From: Cercozoa sp. M6MM
Lineage: Eukaryota; Protista; Endomyxa: Ascetosporea
Direction: 5' to 3' (one strand)
Assembly: GCA_040357565.1 (NCBI GenBank)
Contig: JBDODJ010000029.1
Length of the DNA: 64,000 bases
Positions 52,801-64,000 of this stretch are shown piece by piece. Position 1 is the stretch's first letter, and the number at the start of each line of letters is the position of its first letter. The notes under the pieces were generated by a model. The model was not told where the DNA came from and did not search any database. It saw nothing but the letters and a program-made list of their open reading frames with translations. The position numbers and the translations under genes were made by a program.

Positions 52801-55290
52801 ACGAGAAACCGGTACGCTTTATTCTATTGTTTGTAGCTCCTTACCCTTTACCCCTCCCCTCCTGTACAGCAAGAGTTGTCGACGTACTCAGTGTCGGACG
52901 CATTGGCCACTGTAGTTTACCCCCCCCCCGCGGGGGGGGGGGGGGGGTGGGCCCGTGCCCCCCCCCCCCCATGTGAGCAGTACCACTTGTACATGAAGTA
53001 CGTCCACTTGTTCATCTTCTCGTTGTGCAACGTCATTCCGATGCCTGCTGCCGATGTGCTGCGCAAGGTGCCCACTCTCTCTTTACCCCTCCCCTTCCCT
53101 TTCCCTCCCCTTACCTTCCCCTCTCCTTCCCTTCCCCTCCTTACCTTCTCCTCCCCTTCCCTTCCCCCCCTTTCCCTCCCCTTCCCTTCCTCTCCCCTTC
53201 CCTTCCCCTCCCCTTCTACCTCCTCTTTCTCCTTCTTACCCTGACTGCAGGGCAGTGGTACACTGTGCGAGTCGTTGCTCATGGTGCAAGCGGCCGACAA
53301 GGAAATCGTGGCGCCTAACAAGCAGGTTCTGCCTCCTCCCAGCCCCCCGTCCACTCACTGCTTACCCTGTTTACCCCCCCCCCCCCACAGGTCGACACGC
53401 CATTCCAAATTCGCGACGGCCGAGTGCTCGAAAACGAGACCTACATCGGCGGCCATGTATGCCCTTTACCCTTNNNNNNNNNNNNNNNNNNNNNNNNNNN
53501 NNNNNNNNNNNNNNNNNNNNNNNNNNNNNNNNNNNNNNNNNNNNNNNNNNNNNNNNNNNNNNNNNNNNNNNNNCCCCCCCCCCCAGGTCGAGTGTATGGA
53601 GAGTGGCGTCTTTCGCGAGGACATGTACGTTTTACCCCCTTACCCCCCCCCCAGAACATGTGTTCCGGTGTACAGACCCATGCAGTTCCGAATCGTTCCG
53701 GCTGCCGTACAGGTACAGCAATGTGTCCAGATGGACGGAGTCATCTTATTGGTACTATGTTCATATGGACTGGACTGCCTACACAGGAACTGATGGACGA
53801 GCTGGACGAGTGTCTCAAGTTCACACTGGAGGTCGAGGAGAAAGTCGCGCTTGACACGGTCGCCAACTACGACGTAGCGCGGCTTTACCCCCCCCCCCCC
53901 ATCCACCCTCATATTCCCGTTGACAGGAGGTGTACAACAAGATACGCAGCGAGCTGCAATACATGCGCGTACTGTCTTCATCTCCCTCTTTGTCTCTATC
54001 TCCTTACCCCCCGTTGGTCGGCAGGACAATCCCAAGTGCACATGCACACCGTTGCTGTACCACCTGGACGTGAGCGCCATGTATCCCAACATCATTCTGA
54101 CTAACCGTCTGCAACCGGCTGCTATTGTAGCCTCTGCCTTTGTTACCACCCTTGCCCCGTACCCTTTTACCCCCCTGCCCAGGTGGACGACGAGACGTGC
54201 GCGCAGTGTGTCTACAACGACGACGTCGATGCTCACTGCAAGCGCGACCTCACGTGGAAGTGGCGCGGCAGCTACTACACCTTGGTGAGCTTTCCTGTTA
54301 CTCCTTTACCCCCTCCTACCCATACTCTTACCCCTCTTTACCCACCTTTTACCTCACCTCGTGTAGTCTAAAGGCGAGTTCAAGATGATTCGCACGCAGT
54401 TAATGACGGGTACACCTTGCTCCCCACACTACCCCTCCGTTACCCTGGCATGGTGTAGAGACCTTTCCGACCAGTACGATGCGACTGGACAGTGTGCGAC
54501 TCAAGGGTATTGGGGCCCCCCCCCCCCCGACACCCCCTTTTGCCTCCTACTCCTTCATATGTACAGAGGAGTACCCGACGACGATTCCGTATTTGAAACT
54601 GCCCGAGAAGGAGAAGCAGCGTCTGCTGCAGGTGCGTCTGTCCGTCTGTCCGCTCTATCCTCTTTGGACACCCTGTACAACCGGGCCATGTTGTACAATT
54701 GGACCCTTCGAATGCGTGTGGACAGGACCGTGTCAAAGCCTACAGTCAGAAGACCTACAAGCGCGTTACCAAGACTGTAACTTCACTTCCCCCTGCCCCT
54801 CTTACCCTCTTATTCATACCCCTTTGCCCCCCCCCCCCCCGAAGGAAGAGCGTTTGCGCACGTCGCGCGTGTGTCAGCGCGAGAACGCATTCTACGTCGA
54901 CACGGTAAGTCTGCCATGTGTCCGACTGAGAGTGACCACCTGACTGGACGATCATCTGACTGGATGATCAACTGACTGAGAGTGACGGTTTGTGCAAGTA
55001 GGTGCGCAACTTCCGCGACCGTCGCTACGACTACAAGAAACTCACGCGCACCTGGAAGATCGTACCCGACGCTTTGTTCTGTTCGTGCTGGTGGTGTATT
55101 TTTAGTGTGTCCGCGCGGACAGAAAAAGGAGGAGGCACGCGACGATCTTGAGAGTCGCGACTGCGCCAAGATGGTATGTGTGTGTGTGTCCATGTGTGTA
55201 TGTGTTTTATGTGTCTGTATTTGTGTATATATATGCGTGTTATATATACCTCTGTGCAATGCGTATATGCATGTGAGTATACATGTTTAA

Positions 55291-55323
<33 letters not shown>

Positions 55324-58300
55324 ACAGGTGACGCTGTACGACTCGCTGCAGCTGGCGCACAAGTGCATCCTAAACTCATTCTACGGTAGTGCTTACCCCC
55401 ACCCCTTCGACCCCCTCTTACCCCTCCCCGCCCTGCCCAGGCTACATGATGCGACGCGGCGCGCGGTGGTTCTCGATGCCGGCCGCTGCAATCACAACGT
55501 ACACGGGTACCCTGATCGTGTGTCCATTTGTACCCCGATGTGCATTGTTTGTACGCGTTGATTTAAAGGTGCCGAAATCATTAAGGACGCGCGTATTCTG
55601 TGCGAGCAATTGGTACGCTGGTGCTGTGTGTTTTGCAGTCTTTAGCCTCCTTTACCCTCTCCCGGTGTAGGGCCGACCGTTGGAACTGGATACGGACGGT
55701 ATCTGGTACACTCTTTTAACCTGGGGNNNNNNNNNNNNNNNNNNNNNNNNNNNNNNNNNNNNNNNNNNNNNNNNNNNNNNNNNNNNNNNNNNNNNNNNNN
55801 NNNNNNNNNNNNNNNNNNNNNNNNNNCCCCCCCCCCCCCCCCCCCCCGTCTATCTTGTGTTGTGTGCTTGCAGGGTGGCGTTGCCGAGTCACTTTCCGGA
55901 GGACTTTGTGTTCACGCTGACCAATGGTACTCTTGCCTCCCTTGCACCACCCAATCCCTGCCTTCTCTGTCTTATGTGTGCTTCCGGTAGGCAAGAAACT
56001 GAAGATCTCGTACCCGTGTTCGATGTTGAACGTACGAACGCATCGCAGGTACCCCTCTCGCGTCTGAGTTACCCCCCCCCCCCCCCTCTCTCTAGTGTTC
56101 TTGTGTAGGTTCAGCAACCTGCAGCACCAGGAGTGGGACCCTGTGGCCAAGCGATACCGTCGGTACTCCCGCCTGTCTTTTCTCTACCTGTGCTGTACCA
56201 TCGAAAGTATGCTTGTACAATTAGGGAAACACTGTGCACGATCTACTTTGAAGTCGACGGTCCCTACCGATGCATGCTTGTACACTGTCACTTGAGTACA
56301 TGTGCACGCTTATCAGTGATGTCTCTGTGGTGTCTGTCTGTGACACAGCTACCGGCCTCGCCTGAGGAAGGCAAGACGCTCAAAAAGGTACCTTCTCATG
56401 TGACCACACAGCCTGTGGCCACACTGCATAGATGTGAACATTGTGATGAAATGTCATCGAACAGCGATACGTCGTGTACAACCGCGATGGCTCTCTCGCC
56501 GAACTCAAGGGTATCTACGAGTATGCCTCTCACTGCAGAAAGGCCACGCTGGTGTTGAGTGCAGGCTTTGAGTTGAAGCGACGTGGCGAGTTGCAGATCA
56601 TCAAGCTCTTCCAGCAGGAGGTCTTCCCAGTTTTCATGCACGGCTCGACGCTGCTGCAGTGCTACGAGAGCGTCGCCAAGATCGCCGACCGCTGGCTCGA
56701 CATTCTCGTGCGTTTGCTTTCTCACTTTCCTGGTGTGTTTTTGCCGTAACATTTTGACGCTGTGTTGCACGCAGATCAAGCGCGGTTCTGGTTTGTCTAA
56801 GGAGCAGTTGTTCGAACTCATCGCCGAGAAGAAAAACATGAGTGGCAAACTGGCCGACTACGCGGTACGTCTGCCCTAGTCAGGTCCCTTAGTCTCGGTA
56901 GCATGACTATGTGCAGGGCCAACGCAGTACGGCCATCACATGCGCACGACGGCTGGGCGAGTGTCTCGGCGCTGAGATGGTACTCTTTATCTAGAGGGAG
57001 TCACCTTGCATTGTTCCGATCACCCTACGGGTTCTACCCTGTGCAGATCGCGGACACGAGTCGGCTGCAGTGTCACTTTATCGTGGCCGCCAAACCGCAT
57101 GGTCTGCAGGTCAGCGAGCGTGTCGTCCCACTGCAGATCTTTGACTGTACATTGGCGCTTTGTTGCATCTGCATACAGATAAGGACCTTGTGTGTCTGTG
57201 TCTGTGTATGTGTCTGTGTCTGTGTATGTGTGTGTGTGTGTGTGTGTGTGAAGGTGAACCCAAGAAGCGGCGTCATTTCTTGCGCAAGTGGCTCCAGGAC
57301 CCGGGCGCAGCTGACGATGTACAGTTCTTTCAATCGGTCATGTTAGCACATGCAATGCGCACGTGTTTTCTTCTCTCAGGCACTATCACCGCACGCCATT
57401 CTGGACTGGGATTACTACCTGCGTCGTCTCGGTATGCTGTGTTGACCATGACCAATATGTTGGTGGTGACTTGGCTGCTTGCCTTAGGTGCCTGCATTCA
57501 AAAGGTCATTGTTATCCCGGCCGCCATGCAGAAGGTACAGTTTGCACACGTTCCATACTATAGCTCTACACTGTGGCTCGAGCGATTTTCAGGTGAGCAA
57601 CCCGGTGCCGCGCGTCGAGTACCCGGCCTGGCTCGCCAAGCGACTGCGGTAACCTGTTTGCAGGTGTATGCTCGTGTCTGAGAAGTACGTCATGTGCGTG
57701 TGTGTGTGAGTACAGAGAGGCAGACGCAAAGTTTAAGCAGCAAACGCTGGGTGATCGCTTTGGCTTCAAGCGCATGAACAAGGTAGTTTTGACTTGTGGC
57801 CGCGTTGTTGGTTTTGTTTTTCTTTTTCCTTTGTATTTGATTTGTAAAGACTGACTCGAACAAGAAACGTTTTCTCGAGATCGAGGACATTGGCCGTGCC
57901 AAACGCGTGTCCAGCAGTGATACGGACAGTGTTAAAGCCGAAAAGAAGGTGCGTTTGATGGTTGTTCGGATTTTGCGCGCCACCGGCGTGACTTGTGTTT
58001 TTAGGAACTGGAACCGGTGAAACCGAAGAACGTGGCGTTCCCGCCATCGAATGAGGTGCATCCACTTTCCCTCTCTCGTTGAGTGCTGTGGGCTGCATTT
58101 TGAGCATTCTCAGTTTGTTGTGTTGTGCTCAGGATCATCTGAAGCAGTTGCGCGCACTGTGGGCGTTCCAGCGTGCACAGCGACGCTCACGTGTCTCGGT
58201 CGCTTCGTGCGTTTCCCTCTCTGTCTTGCGCGCGTTTCTCCGCGATTGTGCTTTTCACATTTGTGCGTTTCTCGTCTGCAGGAGTGACGACGTTTTCGCA

Positions 58301-58511
58301 GGTGCTGCCTCCGGCGCCGCAGGACACAAGAAACGCGCTCGCGCGGATGGCAGCAACGGTGGCGTTTCGCTCTTCTCGTCCGACTGGACGGTGCTCGGCA
58401 TCGTGCCCGAGCATCCGCGCGGACGTGAGAGTGGCGACTTTCTTTTCTTTGTCACGCTGGGCAACCACCCGTAACTCTTGATTCCTGGGGGCCCGGGTAT
58501 CTGTCGAGGGC

Positions 58512-58574
<63 letters not shown>

Positions 58575-59803
58575 TGTGTGTTGGGTGCAGTCGGATGCAC
58601 CGGGTGCGCGTGCGCGTGCAGCGTCAGTTCTACGTCAACACGGACGGCCAGCTGCCCGAACTCGCTGTACCTACTTGTGTCATCTGTGTTTAGCAGCCCT
58701 CCTGTGACATCCTTGGTGTACATGGTGTACAGGAGAGCGGCGAATTGGTGCGACACAAGGTCATACTTCCGCGCGGACGGCCGCAGCTCCACCTGCTGCG
58801 TTTCGACATGCCGGAGCAGGAGTTCCAGGCGGCCAAGGAACACTTGGCGGCACTGACACACAACCCGCACGTGGTGCGCTGTCTCTTCCTATCTCTGCCT
58901 GTACCTGTCTCGGAGTGTACATGTACCTGTGCGTGTATCTGCGTCTGCAGGAAGGTCTGTATGAGACGCGTGTGCCGCTCGATTTGCAGCTGTTGCTGCG
59001 CGTGGGTGCCAAGGTGCGCGTCGCACGCGATGTACTGCCTCCTTGCCTGCCTGTCTTGTCACATCTCTGCTGCACTCAGTTCTCATATGTGCGATGACAG
59101 GTCACACCATCCCAGCGACACAGACGGCACGGTTTCTTGCTGGACGAACTGACACGTGCCGGCACTGGAGGTACCCTGTCCTGCTGATATGCTGATATCA
59201 GAGAGGGCACTACGGGTGGCGTAGACACGGTGACACGTCGCTTGCTGACGACGGCGCAGTCTATCCTGGTGTGGCACACGCGTGTCACGCCGCTGATCTC
59301 GCTGACAACGGTGGCAGCAGTCAGGACCGACACTGACACCGACGGTGGTGCCGCTGATACTGCCGGTGACACTGCGATTGGTGAGAAACGCGAGCTGCAC
59401 GTGCATGTGGTGGTGACGGCCGAGCAGCGCGCCGTGTTTCGCAAGAGCTGGCTGCAGGAGGAACTCGAATCGGCGCGCTCGATGCGAACGCGGCAGTTCG
59501 ACGCGCTGCTTGCGGTAGGAGCTCTGCTTCCGCTTTCCCCCCCCCCCCCCCACACGCACACAGATTTCTGCTTGTGGTCTACAGGAGTCGGAGCAGATGC
59601 AGGACGATCCGCTGGACGAGCAGTTCGTGTCGTATGTCTTCTGCCTTGTTCGCTTGTGTTCACTGCCCCTGGTGGGAGAGTGTGCCGTGTGTGTGTTTAT
59701 GTGTGTCTGTGTTTATGTGTCTGTGTGTGTTTGTGTGCTTAGTGACTTGCGGAAGGTGCGCGCTGTGCTCGGCACTTTCGCTGTCGCCAATGTCAACGTA
59801 GCT

Positions 59804-59852
<49 letters not shown>

Positions 59853-59862
59853 NNNNNNNNNN

Positions 59863-59912
<50 letters not shown>

Positions 59913-62900
59913 GCACGCACGCACACACACACCTGCTAACCTTCTACCCCACCCCCACCCTCTAACCCTCTGGACAGGTAACACGTGCGGCTACGCAAGA
60001 GGAACGCACGGCGCACGTCGATGCAGCGTTGGCGGCGCTGGAGGTCGAGCTCGGTCTGAGCGAGGTCCAGTCGAGTGCTTCCCTGGTACCCTCTGTGCAC
60101 CTTGCTTCCCTTGCCTACCACACTGGCTGTACAGGTGGCTACTGCGAGTCGGCCAACCTTCTTGCTGCTGTTTGGTGATGGTACCGAGTGCACGTGCTAC
60201 TGAGTGAGTGAGTGGCTTACTGAGTGCATGTGCGACTGACTAACTGACTGATTAAGTGGGGTGAATACAGACACGTGCGTGTCGGCGCAGTGGCGGCAGC
60301 GCTGGCCGGTGCTGTTGCTGCCGCCGTCGCTGACGTCGTTGCTGCAGCTGCGTCTGCCCGAGGGCGCCTCGCTGGACCTGTGTCCCGACACTCGTACTGC
60401 CTGTGTTGACCCCCCACCCTAGGTTGCTACTGGTACATGTACCTGTAGAGGAGGACGTGCTGGGCGATGCCTCCGTGCGCGCAGCAGTACTGCACCTTTC
60501 TTTTCCCTTTCCTTCTCTCTTTACCCCCCTCCGCCCACACCCCCCCCCGCGTAGACCAAGAGGATGGCGCACGTGCTGTGCTCGTTGTTGAGTGTGGGTC
60601 GTCTAGACGACGATCTGTACCGTGCTGGTAACTATGTTTTGTCTGTCTTTCTGTCTGTCTGTCTACCTGGCTACCTAGCTACCTGTTCGTGTGTGTGTGT
60701 GTGAGAGAGAGAGAGTGTGTGTGTGTGTGTGTGTGTGTGAGTAGCTGAGGCAGCCGACAAGGCGGCGTTGCCGATCGGTCTGATGCCGCTGGGTTCCGAG
60801 GTAGCGACACTCCCCGACCTCTGTACTCCCTTACCCCCCCTCTCCCGCGCAGCGACAGGCGCGTGTGTGCGCCGACCTGGCATTGGCGAGGCAGCTGCAG
60901 TCGCAGCGTCACCTGCTCTGGTACGTACTGGGTGCGAACCCACTGAGTGACCACCTGTCACGTGACCCACTAACTGAGTGACCGTGAGTGCCCACGTGGA
61001 CAGGTCGTGCGCAACGTCGCAGGCGGACTTCTGGCAGGTGGGCGACCCGTGGATGACGGGCCAGGGCGCCGGCGGCCGCATGGACCTCGGCGGCACCGAC
61101 TCGCCCAGCGACTGGGTCACCGACGTGGCTACACTGTCCACGGTACAGATGGACCGCTTGCTGGACATGCACAGTACACACATACACTTTGTTCTTGCCA
61201 GGGCGGCGCTCTTGTGGACGTGACGCGACTCGCGCAGTGTGAACGCATGCAGCAGTCGCAGGGTAATTTACCCCCCCCCCCCCCCTCAACATACACATAC
61301 ACGCCCAATGCATTTGTGTCTGTGTGCGGCAGGTGCGACAAAGCAGCACATTGACGAGGAGATGGAGGACGTATCTCTTCTCTCTATTCCTTACCCCCCC
61401 CCCCCCATTGGGATGCTATGTATACAGGGCAAGCATGCCAAGGTCGTGCTGCACAGTGGCTCTGTTGTCTCTCACAGGTACAGTGCGTCACGTTCTTACC
61501 CCCTGTCCTACCCCAACCCTCCTTCGAGTGCAGCGGGTGCTACCGCCGCGTGTGCGCCGAGATCGCCGTGCGCGACCTGGCCGTCAACTGCGTGCTGCTG
61601 GCGGATGTGCTGGACAGTGTCGATACCGACGACGGTATGCCTTCCGCGCGGAGGCATGCTCAAGAACAACTACGTTTGTGTGTTGTGCAGACACTGAGGC
61701 AGCGGACACGGCCACATTGAACATGCACAGCATGCACGTGAATGCCAAGTACCCTCTACTATCCACCCGACTCTTTTTGACTGACTAACTGAGTGGTGTC
61801 AACAGGGAGGAAACCGTCTCAGGTCGCGCCTTGCGCAAGCAGACGCAAAAGTGGCAACAGGAGCAGCGAAAGCGAGGTAGTCATGACTTACCCCCCCCCC
61901 CCCCCCTGCTACCCATTGCGTGTGACCAGGAGCGTCGCTGGAGGCGCTGCTGCCGAGCGAGAACGCCGCGGCGGCGCTGCCGTCATTCGCGGCACTGCGA
62001 CTCGTGCTGCGTCGCTGGATGTGCGCTTTCTCCCCGTCCGTGTGTCCCGTCCATCTGTTCCGTCCATGTGTTCGTGTCCATTTGTGTAGGAAGAGACACA
62101 TCTCGTCCGAATGTCCGTTCTCGTTGCGACTGGTAACTCACGCACACGTATGTGTATGTGTGTATGTATGTATGCTTGTGTGTGTATGCTTGTGTTTATG
62201 TGTGTATATGTATGCTTGTGTGTATGTATGCTTGTGTGTATGCTTGTGTGTGTAGTTGCGGGAGTTCGCGCAGTGGCTACAAGGCGGCGCCGACGGCTGC
62301 TCGTGGCTGCAGGAACCGCAGCTGCGCGTCGTCGTCGAGCGACTGCAGAAGCGGTGTCTCTACCTGCTGGTCACGCAGGTACACTCACTCTGGGCACACA
62401 CTCTGCCTTTACCCCCCCCCCCCCTCAGTTGAAAAAACTCGGTGTGCGTGTGATCAATGCGACGTCGACGCATCTGTTGGTGGCCACGTCGCGCACTTCC
62501 GTAGCTTCCCCGTATCCCCCCCCCACCCCCCTCCCCCCCCCCCCCCCCGTGTAGTTGGAGGCGGCACAGCGCAACGTTGCGTTTTGTCTGAACGCGTTGC
62601 GGCAGCACGAGTGCTTCGCATGGCTCACGTTGGAGCCGCGGTAACTGTTTACCCTCCCCCGTAGTCCATGATATACCTGGAATGTACAGACGGTGGTACA
62701 CGTCGCTGGTGTACCTGGACTCGAGCAACTTTGGCGGTCTCTGCGTGTCTGACACTGATGGCGAAGGCACTCAGGAGACGGTGCTGCAGGGCACGTGGTC
62801 ACTGTGTGATCACTTTGATGCACCGTCCTGTCGACAGCAGTTCTTGCGCTGTCTCGATGTGTTCCTGCGCGATCCCTGCGATTTCCTGGAGTAGGCCTAC

Positions 62901-64000
62901 CCCCGCTGTTACTTTCTGAGTATCTCATGTGCCATTGTAGCAAGCTGGAAGCAGGCGACGAGGAGGCCATTGCGTCTGTGCCCAGTACATTTACCTACTG
63001 GGGAAGGTAGATAGTCGGGGGGATGAGAGGGAGTGGATGGTAGGGTGTACTGACCTGGTCATGTGTAGACCTGGCACTGTCGCTGCAGCAGCGCGCGCAG
63101 CACGCCGACGTGCTGCGACTGACGGAGCGCGACCGCGGCGCGGCGCTGAGCGAATTCCTGGGCGCCGTCTTCTGGCCGCAGTGGGCGCGCCGACTCACGC
63201 GCGTCGTCGATCTGCTGCAGCAGCGTGCCGAGGGTATCCTTGACCCTCCCCACCCCTCACCCCTCACCTTTACCACACACACGCACATGCGCGCACACAT
63301 ATATATATATATATACACCGTTAGACGACGAGAAGGACGATCTGCGCCGTCTGGTGGTGCTGCTGTGTCAGGTCATGTCGCTTGACACGGCGCTGCTGGA
63401 TGCGTGCTCGTCTGACAGTGGTATATGCGCGTCCTTTACCTGCTTTCCCCCTACGCCTTACCCCTCCCCCCCCCCCGTGGCAGAGCAAGAGGCAGGTGTC
63501 GAGGAGGCGAACACGGCGGCAGAGAGCGTCGATGTCGTGACGCAGCTAAAGGCATCGCTGCTGCGACTCATCGGACTCCGCATACACCAGGTTTACGCAT
63601 ATCGAATTGGAAGGAGGGGCACCTTCATACATACTTGTGTTTGCATGTATGTGAGTAGGCAGCGGCACGGTTCGTGTACCCGCCGGCGGCACTCAAGCTG
63701 CGTCATGTGCCGTGTCGTACGGTACCCTGTGCTGTACCCGCCCCCTCCCGCTGGTATACCTCCATGTTCCTTCGCCTGCACAGTGTGAGACAGTGGTGGA
63801 CCTGGCGCTGCTGCCGTCGAGTGCAAGCGACGCCGCCGCCGAGAGCGAGCACGGGTCGAGTGGACCCGTGTGTCAGGTGTGCCACTCGGCGCTGGACACG
63901 GAGCTCGTCGAGGATCGCCTGCTGCAGCTGCTGCGCGCCCTGATGGCGGTACACCCTATTGCTGTGTATCTGTGTGTCTGTGTGTCTGTGTGTCTGTGTG
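49837..64000 (+). CDS. POLE: DNA polymerase epsilon catalytic subunit A (continues past window end)
   Basis: Exonuclease [52 protein letters not shown]. Polymerase [19 protein letters not shown], Cys[53 protein letters not shown]-terminal [11 protein letters not shown]. 30 introns in the first ~4.7 kb. Confidence 0.98.

Noticed and set aside
1-64000. CRISPR arrays, tRNA/rRNA genes, retroelement or Fanzor ORFs
   Set aside because: No repeat-spacer arrays, cloverleaf/rRNA signatures or RT/RuvC motifs were recognised by eye. A tRNAscan/Infernal/HMM run would be needed to exclude small or divergent ones.

Overview
This is a compact, very intron-rich eukaryotic genomic window, most consistent with a unicellular eukaryote (lineage not determinable from sequence alone). 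It uses the standard genetic code and GT-AG introns of mostly 55-130 nt. The six-frame ORF track is largely uninformative because genes are split into many short exons, so I spliced gene models by hand; exon boundaries and some starts are approximate. About 18 genes are present: an unknown gene, DBR1, a membrane protein, a BSD + Gfo/Idh/MocA fusion, an RMDN-like TPR protein, GPN2, a RhoGEF(DH-PH)-polyPro-WCA protein, a WW protein, FAM192A/Fyv6, an R2R3-Myb, bicistronic MOCS1, two inverted copies of a small membrane-protein gene flanking a C2H2 zinc-finger gene, TAF2, mitoribosomal mS45, V-ATPase F, a low-complexity gene, and POLE (runs off the end). Five observations stand out. (1) A candidate new class of Arp2/3 nucleation-promoting factor that carries its own Rho GEF. 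(2) Two 3' splice sites 8 nt apart in MOCS1 that switch between MoaA ending in GG-stop and a MoaA-MoaC fusion. (3) An ~800-bp inverted gene duplication enclosing a zinc-finger gene. (4) Introns built from intron-specific tandem motifs, with a GTAC-dominated donor. (5) A lariat debranching enzyme with an RGG N-terminus and a candidate exitron.
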